Shown here piece after piece: positions 56,165-63,808 of a stretch of DNA of 64,000 nucleotides (position 1 is the first letter of the stretch; every line of letters starts with the position of its first letter). Position numbers and translations under genes: made by a program. The notes under the pieces are model-generated. The model saw only the letters and a list, made by a program, of their open reading frames with translations. It was not told where the DNA came from and did not search any database. The stretch is taken from assembly GCA_020632535.1 (NCBI GenBank), contig JACKFJ010000006.1:28866-92865 (forward strand), in the 5' to 3' direction. The DNA is from Candidatus Omnitrophota bacterium. Its GTDB lineage: Bacteria; Omnitrophota; Gorgyraeia; Zapsychrales; JANLHA01.

Positions 56165-57466
56165 TTACTTTAATTCTTCCATACGGATTGCAACTGGCTT
56201 GGATTTCACAATCCCCTGTTTATGGATTTTATCGAGCGCCACTCTCAACATTTTTTCCTGCGCGTTGTCTGTCAACATAATAACCGGAAGCGCGGAAGCC
56301 CAATGGTCATGCGCTTTTTGCGTCACGGAGTTAATGCCAATTTTGTGTTTACTGAGAATACCTGTGATTTTGGACAGCACACCCACCTTGTCCGGCGCCA
56401 TAAAACGAATATAAAAGCGCGTTGAAATATCATCAATTTTTCTAACCTTTGTTTGGGGAGCTTCACGATAAATATTTGCTAAATACTGATCAGATGGACA
56501 ACCCACGCGTGATGCCAATTGAAACAAATCACTGATGACTCCGGATGCGGCTGTCATTTGCCCAGCACCTTCGCCCGACAATAACACATCGCCCATAGGG
56601 CTCGCATTGACAAACATCGCGTTAAAAATTCCGTTGACATCTGCCAAGGGATGCTTTTTAGAGATCAGCGTTGGATGAACGCGGGCTTCAATTTCACGAT
56701 GTGATTTTTTTGCAATCGCCAAGAGTTTGATTGTTAAACCTAAACTTTCAGCATGTTCGATGTCGTGATGTGAAATTTGGGTAATTCCTTCTGTATACAC
56801 TTCTTCGGCGCTGATAAATTTCCCCATTGTTAATGAAACAAGAATTGCGAGCTTGGACGCGGAATCCATTCCATTGATATCAAGGGTTGGATTGCTTTCG
56901 GCAAAGCCTTTGGCTTGCGCGTCGCTAAGTGCTTGTCCGAATGTTAAATCTTTTTGTGTCATGCCTGTCAAAATATAATTACACGTTCCATTGATAATTC
57001 CGTAAAGGCTTTTGAATTTGTTGCCGGCTAAACCTTCCGTCAGCATTTTAATGAGCGGAACGCCTGCCATGACGGAAGATTCATAATAAATATTGCGATT
57101 ACAGCTTTGTGCTTCCTGAAAAAGTTCTTTGCCGTGCATGGCTAAAAGACTTTTGTTGGCGGTGACGACATGTTTGCCTTTTCTTAAAGCTTCGAGCACG
57201 ATTTGCTTCGCGGGTTTAATACCGCCGATCAATTCAATGACCGCATCGATTTCAGGATCATTAATAATTTTTTTGTAATTGGTTGTCAGGCGAATGTGAT
57301 CTAAACCGTTTGGGAGCTTTTTTTTGATGCTGCGGTCACAAATCGTTTTGAGATCAAATTCAATGTTGAATTTGTCCTTAAAATAACTTTTTCGTTTATG
57401 GAGAAATTGGACAACGCCAGATCCGACGTTTCCGTAGCCGATGAGCCCGAGTGTAATTTTATTCAT
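56165..57466 (-). CDS. hom: homoserine dehydrogenase
   Basis: LIGYGNVGSG NAD fold, catalytic domain, C-terminal ACT domain. Confidence 0.95.
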   Translation of the reverse strand: MNKITLGLIGYGNVGSGVVQFLHKRKSYFKDKFNIEFDLKTICDRSIKKKLPNGLDHIRLTTNYKKIINDPEIDAVIELIGGIKPAKQIVLEALRKGKHVVTANKSLLAMHGKELFQEAQSCNRNIYYESSVMAGVPLIKMLTEGLAGNKFKSLYGIINGTCNYILTGMTQKDLTFGQALSDAQAKGFAESNPTLDINGMDSASKLAILVSLTMGKFISAEEVYTEGITQISHHDIEHAESLGLTIKLLAIAKKSHREIEARVHPTLISKKHPLADVNGIFNAMFVNASPMGDVLLSGEGAGQMTAASGVISDLFQLASRVGCPSDQYLANIYREAPQTKVRKIDDISTRFYIRFMAPDKVGVLSKITGILSKHKIGINSVTQKAHDHWASALPVIMLTDNAQEKMLRVALDKIHKQGIVKSKPVAIRMEELK

Positions 57467-57471
57467 AGCTT

Positions 57472-57837
57472 TTATGGTTTTCCCTGTCTGAAGTGTTCAA
57501 TCAATTTTTTGAGGACAGTTTGTGATGGCAAAGGCAAATTTTCATCAAACTGTACCCGTGTTTCATAGATGATTCCCTTGATCTTATCCTTGGATTCTAA
57601 AACTGTGCCTTTGAGGTGGATAAATTCAGAAAGAATAGGGGTTTTTAATTCAATGCCTAGACGAGTCCCAACAGAAAAGGGTTTGGATGTTACTAGGCAC
57701 ATCCCTCCGACGCTGATGTTTTTTAATTGTGAAGAATTGTGCCGAACCATTGGATCATTCAAATCAAAATATGTCAGTATGAAATGTTCGTTGATGCGTG
57801 GGTGTTTCCGTTTTTCTGGGTGCGAATGATCCGACAT
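57472..57837 (-). CDS. PilZ domain protein
   Basis: RKHPR (RxxxR) and NISVGG (D/NxSxxG) motifs. 121 aa. Confidence 0.75.
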   Translation of the reverse strand: MSDHSHPEKRKHPRINEHFILTYFDLNDPMVRHNSSQLKNISVGGMCLVTSKPFSVGTRLGIELKTPILSEFIHLKGTVLESKDKIKGIIYETRVQFDENLPLPSQTVLKKLIEHFRQGKP

Positions 57838-57864
57838 AGTATGCTGCCTTTTTAATGAGAAATG

Positions 57865-57938
57865 TCGGAGCGGTGAGATTTGAACTCACGACCTCTTGAA
57901 CCCCATTCAAGTGCGCTAGCCATCTGCGCTACGCTCCG
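57865..57938 (-). tRNA. tRNA-Pro (anticodon GGG)
   Basis: Hand-folded sense strand cggagcg-ta-gcgc..gcgc-a-cttga-atGGGgt-tcaag-..gtgag-ttcaaat-ctcac-cgctccg-a. CCA is not encoded. Confidence 0.9.
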
Positions 57939-58105
57939 TAAAAAACTATTTAACACACACCTGCGCGATACCGTTGGGGTACAAGCGCTCCGTAAAAAAC
58001 TATTTAACACACACCTGCGCGATACCGTTGGGGTACAAGCGCTCCGTAAAAAACTATTTAACACACACCTGCGCGATACCGTTGGGGTACAAGCGCTCCG
58101 TAAAG
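57932..58105 (-). repeat. 54-bp tandem repeat, 3 perfect copies plus a degenerate partial copy, overlapping the tRNA-Pro 5' end
   Basis: Units at 57932-57985, 57986-58039 and 58040-58093 are identical. The partial copy is at 58094-58105. Each unit starts (on the + strand) with cgctccg, the complement of tRNA nt 1-7. Confidence 0.95.
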
Positions 58106-58123
58106 CTTTTAATAGATCGAAAA

Positions 58124-58151
58124 ATTATACTATAATACCCTAATCCTGCAA
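58124..58151 (-). promoter_or_regulatory. near-consensus sigma70 promoter TTGCAG-16-TATAAT facing the repeat array and tRNA-Pro
   Basis: On the minus strand, ttgcag is at 58151-58146 and tataat at 58129-58124. Confidence 0.5.
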
Positions 58152-58224
58152 AGGAAAAGTTCGACGATCGAGGTGGTAATGTGCGGGAGAAAGTTTAAGT
58201 TATTTGGATGAGATTGACCCGATC

Positions 58225-59259
58225 TTATTCAGCGTGAGTTTTGCGATGCATCAGGTCAGTAACGGCGCCAGCGGGGGACTTGTTTTTAAAGAGAATATTA
58301 TAGATTTCAGTAATGAGTGGCATGGGGATTTTGTATTTGACACTCAACCGGTATGCCGCTTTAGCAGTTTCAACACCTTCGGCCACGGTATTGGTAGATT
58401 CTAAAATTTGTGTGATCGGTACTCCCTTCCCCAGCTGTTCGCCAACCGTGCGATTGCGGCTCTGTGGGCTAAAACAGGTTGTAATCAAATCGCCTAAGCC
58501 GGTCAAACCGCTAAACGTTTTTGGTTTTGCGCCTAGCGCAGTCCCCAATGTGGAAATTTCTGCCAATCCGCGGGTTACAATCGCAGCTTTTGTATTTGTA
58601 CCATAATTAAGGCCATCGCATACGCCGCAGGCAATGGCAATAACATTTTTTAGACTGCCGCCAATTTCAACACCGATCACATCGGCGTTGGTATAAATTC
58701 GAAAAGTATCAGAGTTGAAAATTTCCTGCAGGGTTTTAGCAACTTTAATGTTTTTGCTGGCAATGACCGCTGTTGTGGGAATTTTCTTGACGACTTCGCC
58801 CGCGATTGTTGGACCAGAAAATGCCGCGAACGTGACATTACCGAGAATATCTTGAACAATTTCTGAAACCCGCATCAAAGTCGTGGTTTCAATTCCTTTT
58901 ACGACACTGACAATAATTTTATTTTTAAGGGAAATCCCGCTTCGCTTTTCGGTGCCGCTTAATTTCTTGATTTTCTTGAGTACGGATCTTAAGAATTGTG
59001 ACGGCACGGCCAAGACAATGATGTCGCTGTCGTTGATCGAAGTGGCGAGGTCGCTTGTGATTTCGACGGAACTAGGAATTTCGACGCCGGGAAGAAATTT
59101 GCGATTAAAGCGGCTCTCCTGCATGTGTTGTGTGTATTCGGGAAACGCGCCCCAGAGTTTGACAGGATAATTTTTGCGCGCAAGGTAAACTGCGAGTGTC
59201 GTGCCCCATCCGCCGTCGCCGATAATTGAAATGTAAGGTATTTTCTTGTTCATAGTCAC
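58225..59259 (-). CDS. gpsA: NAD(P)H-dependent glycerol-3-phosphate dehydrogenase
   Basis: IIGDGGWGTTLA, GSLKNV, and the typical 344-aa GpsA layout. Confidence 0.95.
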   Translation of the reverse strand: MTMNKKIPYISIIGDGGWGTTLAVYLARKNYPVKLWGAFPEYTQHMQESRFNRKFLPGVEIPSSVEITSDLATSINDSDIIVLAVPSQFLRSVLKKIKKLSGTEKRSGISLKNKIIVSVVKGIETTTLMRVSEIVQDILGNVTFAAFSGPTIAGEVVKKIPTTAVIASKNIKVAKTLQEIFNSDTFRIYTNADVIGVEIGGSLKNVIAIACGVCDGLNYGTNTKAAIVTRGLAEISTLGTALGAKPKTFSGLTGLGDLITTCFSPQSRNRTVGEQLGKGVPITQILESTNTVAEGVETAKAAYRLSVKYKIPMPLITEIYNILFKNKSPAGAVTDLMHRKTHAE

Positions 59260-59336
59260 GTCATTTCACGTTTAGTGATGTGGCTTATTATACTTGATCC
59301 GAAGGAAGTTGCAAGGGTTTGAAGTATTTCATATTC

Positions 59337-59433
59337 GCAGAGATAGCCTTATATCCCTGCTCAAACAATGTCTCGCGCTCTCACAAAAGTTCGAGGCTCG
59401 CCAAACTCGCAGGAGATATAAGGCTATCTCTGC
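59337..59433. repeat. 97-bp palindromic intergenic element (family C, copy 2, inverted relative to copy 1)
   Basis: Terminal 19-bp inverted repeat gcagagatagccttatatc / gatataaggctatctctgc. The core is the reverse complement of the 53097-53116 and 53147-53177 segments. Confidence 0.85.
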
Positions 59434-61268
59434 TAAATCGGATTGGTCATGACGCGATAAAGTACAAATGTTTCATTTTCATAGATTGGCTCGAGCAATG
59501 AATTTTTGCCGGGGGTTATATAGCGCATAAAAACGATGTAATTGACGTGGTATTGCGTTATCGCATTGATGAGTGATGATGTAATATCACCATCGACAAT
59601 AACCTTGAAATGTTCGACGGTTTTGAGTCGTTTTTGCCACTCAACGGCTGCTGGATAATTAAAACCAATAATCCCGCAATCTCGGTAGCAAACTAAAACT
59701 TTGCGTTCAGAAAAAATACGAAACCCCCCCATTTCCATATTGTTTGGGGTGAGAATCAAAGCGCTTTTGGGAGTGTGTTTACGAACATAATTCTGCATGT
59801 CAATCCAGTTGCGTTGCAATTGCCAAAATCCGCCACCGGTTTTCTCAATGTCGTTGTGAAGTTGGTGATAATAGATATAGTTTCCGGTTAAGGCGACAAA
59901 GGGCAACATAATAATCATGACTTTCAATAAATTGTGAATCTTCTCATTTTTGAATAGTAAATTTGCGACATAAAATAATATCACCAGACCAATTGTCACT
60001 TGGAGTGTGAAAATGGCAGATTTGCTAAATTGATGTGTGCTAAATTCAAAAGCGATTCCAATAAGGGATACGACAAATAATAGCCATGATAATAGATTTA
60101 GAAGTCCTTTTTCTTCTCGTAGAAGAAAAAGCAATGCGAGACATGCCAGTGTCGCGATGTAATTGTTAAAACGCAAAAGGGAGAACAAAATAACTGCTAC
60201 CGATAAAATGACGTAACGACGTGTTTGCGCTGTTTGGATTAGGAGAATCGTGGTGTAGCCGATTAAAATAAATTGCATAAACTGCAAGTTGCGCACGAGA
60301 TTAAGATCTAGAATAAAGCGGCTGGGAAAAACATACGAAAAAATAAAGGACAGTATAAGAAAGATGCTTCCGCCGACAATAAAAGCCTTAGCTTTGCCAT
60401 CTTTTTGAAATAATGAATTTGTTGTGATGTTTAATACGATGAGTGCCGCCGTTGGCCAGAACTGTTGTGTTCCTTTGAGGAAAACAGAAAAATGCCTTAG
60501 CATTTCTGCAAATGAAACATTGTCAAAAAGAAAAGTCTGCGGGCAGGCGATTTGGTATAAGGCCATCCAGTTTGTCAGATCCCCACTGACGTGAGTCGAA
60601 ACGCGTTGCAATGTCCAGATTAAAACCGGCAAACTAAAAAACAAAAAAAGTCCCACAGATTTTATTAATCTTTTTCCGTGGTCTTCCCTGCTCTTGTATA
60701 AGAGATAAAGCGCCATGTAGCAAAAGGGAAACAAACTGTAAAGCGCGTGAAAGTTGGCGGCAATTCCAAAAAGAATCGCGGCGCGCCCAAAACGGTCTTT
60801 ATAAAAGGAATACATCGCCGCCATGATGATGGCGAGCGCGAATTCTTGATGGGAAAATGTGCGATAGAGAAATTCTTCGACACGAAAAACGAGAATAAAT
60901 GACAAAACGCAAAGGCCAGCGGTAAGATGGTTTTGAGCAATATGTTTCCATAATTTAAATGCGAAGAAAAACAGAAAGAAACGGCTTAAAAGATAAAGGA
61001 TAAAATATGTGGTCGGAATTTGGTCGACGGTTATAACTTTTGCGAGTAATGGAAAAAGGAATGATGTGAAATTATTCTTAAGGGCGTCAACGTAATAATC
61101 ACCGACGTAAAGTTGAGGATCGATGAGACTTTTGAGAAGTGGGATTTCCAGATGCTGATCATCCCACGCGTATGTATAGCCATTGGCGATGAGAAAGATG
61201 AAAAGAAGTGATAGTCCTATGACCCAATCGTTTTTAAAGAGGCTTTTGAGTTTTTCAATACTCGGCAT
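59433..61268 (-). CDS. large polytopic membrane protein (GT-C-like glycosyltransferase guess)
   Basis: 611 aa with about 13 TM helices, then a soluble C-terminal domain of about 120 aa. No catalytic motif confidently recognised. Confidence 0.55.
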   Translation of the reverse strand: MPSIEKLKSLFKNDWVIGLSLLFIFLIANGYTYAWDDQHLEIPLLKSLIDPQLYVGDYYVDALKNNFTSFLFPLLAKVITVDQIPTTYFILYLLSRFFLFFFAFKLWKHIAQNHLTAGLCVLSFILVFRVEEFLYRTFSHQEFALAIIMAAMYSFYKDRFGRAAILFGIAANFHALYSLFPFCYMALYLLYKSREDHGKRLIKSVGLFLFFSLPVLIWTLQRVSTHVSGDLTNWMALYQIACPQTFLFDNVSFAEMLRHFSVFLKGTQQFWPTAALIVLNITTNSLFQKDGKAKAFIVGGSIFLILSFIFSYVFPSRFILDLNLVRNLQFMQFILIGYTTILLIQTAQTRRYVILSVAVILFSLLRFNNYIATLACLALLFLLREEKGLLNLLSWLLFVVSLIGIAFEFSTHQFSKSAIFTLQVTIGLVILFYVANLLFKNEKIHNLLKVMIIMLPFVALTGNYIYYHQLHNDIEKTGGGFWQLQRNWIDMQNYVRKHTPKSALILTPNNMEMGGFRIFSERKVLVCYRDCGIIGFNYPAAVEWQKRLKTVEHFKVIVDGDITSSLINAITQYHVNYIVFMRYITPGKNSLLEPIYENETFVLYRVMTNPI

Positions 61269-61303
61269 GAGATCGATGAAACGTTAAGTGTCGCGAGAGA
61301 AAC

Positions 61304-61377
61304 TGGAGCGGGAGAAGGGAATCGAACCCTCGTGACCAGCTTGGAAGGCTAGCGTTCTACCACTGAACTACTCCCGC
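61304..61377 (-). tRNA. tRNA-Gly (anticodon TCC), CCA encoded
   Basis: Sense strand gcgggagtagttcagtggtagaacgctagccTTCCaagctgg...ttcgattcccttctcccgctcca. Confidence 0.9.
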
Positions 61378-61450
61378 AAGAATTTTGCTTAAAGAAAAAT
61401 ATTGTTTACGTGGTAACTTTTGCTCAGAGCGCTTTTGTCCCGCTTGCGGG

Positions 61451-61468
61451 ACTGAACTACTCCCGCAA
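61451..61468 (-). repeat. 18-nt duplicate of the tRNA-Gly 5' end plus 2 leader nt
   Basis: actgaactactcccgcaa at 61451-61468 is identical to 61362-61379, an offset of 89 bp. Confidence 0.9.
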
Positions 61469-61477
61469 ATTACTTTT

Positions 61478-61543
61478 GTCATTCCCGCGATCTTTTAGCG
61501 GGAATCTAGTAGTGGATCCTCGATAAAGACATTCGAGGATGAC
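61478..61543. repeat. double-hairpin intergenic repeat (family A, copy 3, inverted)
   Basis: gtcattcccgc-gatctttta-gcgggaatc, then 7 nt, then ggatcctcga-taaagacat-tcgaggatgac. Confidence 0.85.
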
Positions 61544-61558
61544 AGTAAAATTATAAAA

Positions 61559-61640
61559 TGGGCAGAGCAGGATTCGAACCTACGAAGGCAAAGCCAGCAG
61601 ATTTACAGTCTGCCCCCGTTGACCACTTGGGTATCTGCCC
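61559..61640 (-). tRNA. tRNA-Tyr (anticodon GTA), long variable arm
   Basis: Sense strand gggcagatacccaagtggtcaacgggggcagactGTAaatctgc-tggctttgccttc-gtaggttcgaatcctgctctgccca. Confidence 0.9.
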
Positions 61641-61674
61641 ATAATTACAATAAAACTACCAGTTCTACATTGAG

Positions 61675-61732
61675 AAAAATTATGGGCAAGTACTTGTTTC
61701 AACTTTTGTTTTTAGGAAAACAAGTACTGCCC
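61675..61732 (-). terminator. hairpin (15-bp stem, one bulge) followed by a T-tract on the minus strand, between tRNA-Thr and tRNA-Tyr
   Basis: gggcaagtacttgtt (61684-61698) pairs with aacaagtactgccc (61719-61732). On the minus strand the downstream sequence is ataattttt. Confidence 0.5.
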
Positions 61733-61749
61733 AAAAATTATATCAATTA

Positions 61750-61822
61750 AGCTGGCGAGAGGAATTGAACCCCCGGCCGGCTGATTACAAATCAGCTGCT
61801 CTACCAACTGAGCTACGCCAGC
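61750..61822 (-). tRNA. tRNA-Thr (anticodon TGT)
   Basis: Sense strand gctggcgtagctcagttggtagagcagctgattTGTaatcagccggccgggggttcaattcctctcgccagct. Confidence 0.9.
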
Positions 61823-61910
61823 GTTTACTACAAGTTTTCTAGAGTAAAAAAGCTTTGTATTTATAGCAAATCTAGCGACGGATGTAAAGAACGAAATGAT
61901 GCTTTGTGTA

Positions 61911-63257
61911 TTATTTCTTGTCGCCAAAGATTGACTTGATGGATTTTAGATATCCATCTTCGGTGTTTCCCTTCGCGGGGTTGTCAACTTCTTCCGTTGA
62001 GGGTTCCGATTTGTCTTTAAGAAATCCACCTAAAGCGTTTTTGATGCCGTCCTTAACTGCTGTTTCGCCAAGACTTTTAAGGTAAGGTTTGACAATTTTG
62101 AGTAGCATTTCTTGAAAACCTTTAAACTCGGGATGTTCAACAGATCCTGTGATTTGAAATTTCATTTCAACTGGGTTTATTTGATTAAGGGCGTTGCACA
62201 CACTGGAAGCTGGAATAACAGATGCGACCATTTGATTCGGTTGTTTCGCGTTCATCGTGTGATTTTGTAAAGTTAATGAATTTTGAGAATCAAGAACGTC
62301 CCCTTGGATTACTGTTTGCGAAGTGATATTGATTGTCCCTTTGCTGAATTGAACCGGTAGGGAATCTCGATAAAGCGATTCTATGGCAAGAAGATCGATA
62401 TCTTTTGCGGTAAAATTATTGCGAATGACCGACACATTATCAACGATGTCTTGATCGTAATTCAAACTAAAATCTCCCATCTGTTGATTGTTCTTTGTGA
62501 CAATCCCCTGTATTCTAAGCTTGTCAAATCTACCTCCAGCGGAAGGATCTAAGACAATATTTTTAATGTTAATTGTTGCTTGATCAATGTTAAGGGTTTT
62601 TCCGGCATCATCTTCGAGTTTTAGGCTTGAGTTTTTAACGGTTAAATTTTTGATTTCAAAGAGATATTGGTCCGAAGGTTTGACAAAAAGAACACGTCGC
62701 CCTTGAGGAAGGGGCTGGACTTCTCTTTTAACGTTAACGATACCCTTACTTTTTGTTGAGCTTTTTTTGGCAGATTGTTTTTTTAGCAAATCATAAATTC
62801 GGCTAAACCAGTCTTTTTTGGTTTTAATTTTTGCAATGATATCGGTTTTTGATTTTTCCTTTTTGTCCTTTTGCGGGACAATTTTCTGAATATTAAAACT
62901 GCCATCAGCCTCGCCTTTGAGATCGATTTGTGCGCCCACGACGCGAAGATCTGATACGACGATGCGTTTGGAAAGAAGGGCTAAAAGACTTACACGTAGC
63001 GAAGCATTCTTTACCGCGACAATCCTTTGGCTTGCATCGTCGGGATCAAAAACTTTAAGATCTTTTAACGTACATGACAGCGTTAAAGGCCAGACGGTGA
63101 CGTTGGCAATTAAGATTTTTGTCCCAGCTTGTTTATTGATTGTTTCAATGACAATGTTTTTTAATAAAGGTGAAATAAAAAAGGCAAAGCCAAAGTGGAT
63201 TATGGCCAAGATGGTTAGAAGAATCGCGATACCCTTAACATTAAAAGATTTTACCAT
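61911..63257 (-). CDS. AsmA-like / DUF748-like envelope protein (possibly the TIGR03545 family)
   Basis: N-terminal anchor, then I..VTVWPLTLSCTLKDLKVFDP......V....A.L.VSLLALLSKRIVVSDLRVVGAQIDL is typical of AsmA/DUF748 N-termini. Confidence 0.6.
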   Translation of the reverse strand: MVKSFNVKGIAILLTILAIIHFGFAFFISPLLKNIVIETINKQAGTKILIANVTVWPLTLSCTLKDLKVFDPDDASQRIVAVKNASLRVSLLALLSKRIVVSDLRVVGAQIDLKGEADGSFNIQKIVPQKDKKEKSKTDIIAKIKTKKDWFSRIYDLLKKQSAKKSSTKSKGIVNVKREVQPLPQGRRVLFVKPSDQYLFEIKNLTVKNSSLKLEDDAGKTLNIDQATINIKNIVLDPSAGGRFDKLRIQGIVTKNNQQMGDFSLNYDQDIVDNVSVIRNNFTAKDIDLLAIESLYRDSLPVQFSKGTINITSQTVIQGDVLDSQNSLTLQNHTMNAKQPNQMVASVIPASSVCNALNQINPVEMKFQITGSVEHPEFKGFQEMLLKIVKPYLKSLGETAVKDGIKNALGGFLKDKSEPSTEEVDNPAKGNTEDGYLKSIKSIFGDKK

Positions 63258-63263
63258 AATGAA

Positions 63264-63794
63264 TTATTCCGTTTTTCCAGTTAGAGAAAGAATCTTGACG
63301 ATGATAGGTAATTTTAGAAACCATTTTACAAATTTTGTATTTTTAATTTTATCAAAATATTTTGTCCGTAGAACTATGACGCCCTTTGCTGAAAACGGAA
63401 AAATGACAATACAAAGAATTGCTGAAAGGGCAAACCCTCCCGCGACAAGGGTATTGTTAAAATCGAGCAATGCTAAAATCGGCATGTGGGTGATTACGCT
63501 CCAAAATGGTTTGAGAGCGGTACTGTCAATAAGCAGAACGCCGCCGAACCATTCTGTTAGCGTACTGATCCCTAATATGTAAAAAAGTTTAAATAGCGGC
63601 AGGACAAGCATTGCCGCTAAACGGTTGATTTTGAAAATAAAGAAAATACAAAGCAGAAAAACAGCCATAGGACCGTTAAGAGGAATAAATCCCATAAACA
63701 TGCCAAGACAAACTCCCGATGCAATTTCATTCGGCGAGACATTGCTTGTAAAAAGACGGACTATTTTGACGGGAAGATTAATTATTGGCAGCAT
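63264..63794 (-). CDS. DUF2062/TIGR03546-like membrane protein
   Basis: SPNEIASGVCLGMFMGFIPL..., 4 TM helices. This family is usually paired with the upstream-type large protein. Confidence 0.55.
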   Translation of the reverse strand: MLPIINLPVKIVRLFTSNVSPNEIASGVCLGMFMGFIPLNGPMAVFLLCIFFIFKINRLAAMLVLPLFKLFYILGISTLTEWFGGVLLIDSTALKPFWSVITHMPILALLDFNNTLVAGGFALSAILCIVIFPFSAKGVIVLRTKYFDKIKNTKFVKWFLKLPIIVKILSLTGKTE

Positions 63795-63808
63795 AAGCGT
63801 TTAGTTTT

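Noticed and set aside
57932-58105. The 54-bp repeat array as a possible CRISPR array
   Set aside because: The units are directly contiguous with no spacers. There are no cas genes, and the unit overlaps a tRNA gene end. It is a tandem duplication, not a repeat-spacer structure.
57852-58143. ORFs 57852-58064 (-) and 57880-58143 (+) with internally repeated peptides (..CVLNSFLRSACTPTVSRR.. x3)
   Set aside because: Both are artefacts of translating the tandem repeat and the tRNA-Pro gene. Neither has an SD, and being open on both strands is expected for a repeat free of stop codons.
61304-61822. tRNA cluster with direct repeats as an integration site of a genomic island or prophage
   Set aside because: No integrase, excisionase or cargo genes are nearby. 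The duplicated segments are 5' ends rather than 3' ends, and they enclose only about 70 bp.
61712-61927. 71-aa minus-strand ORF
   Set aside because: It is read straight through the tRNA-Thr gene; the peptide contains the translated tRNA sequence.
62917-63582. 221-aa + strand ORF spanning the AsmA-like and DUF2062-like genes in antisense
   Set aside because: It bridges two well-supported minus-strand genes and their intergenic gap, and it has no motifs.
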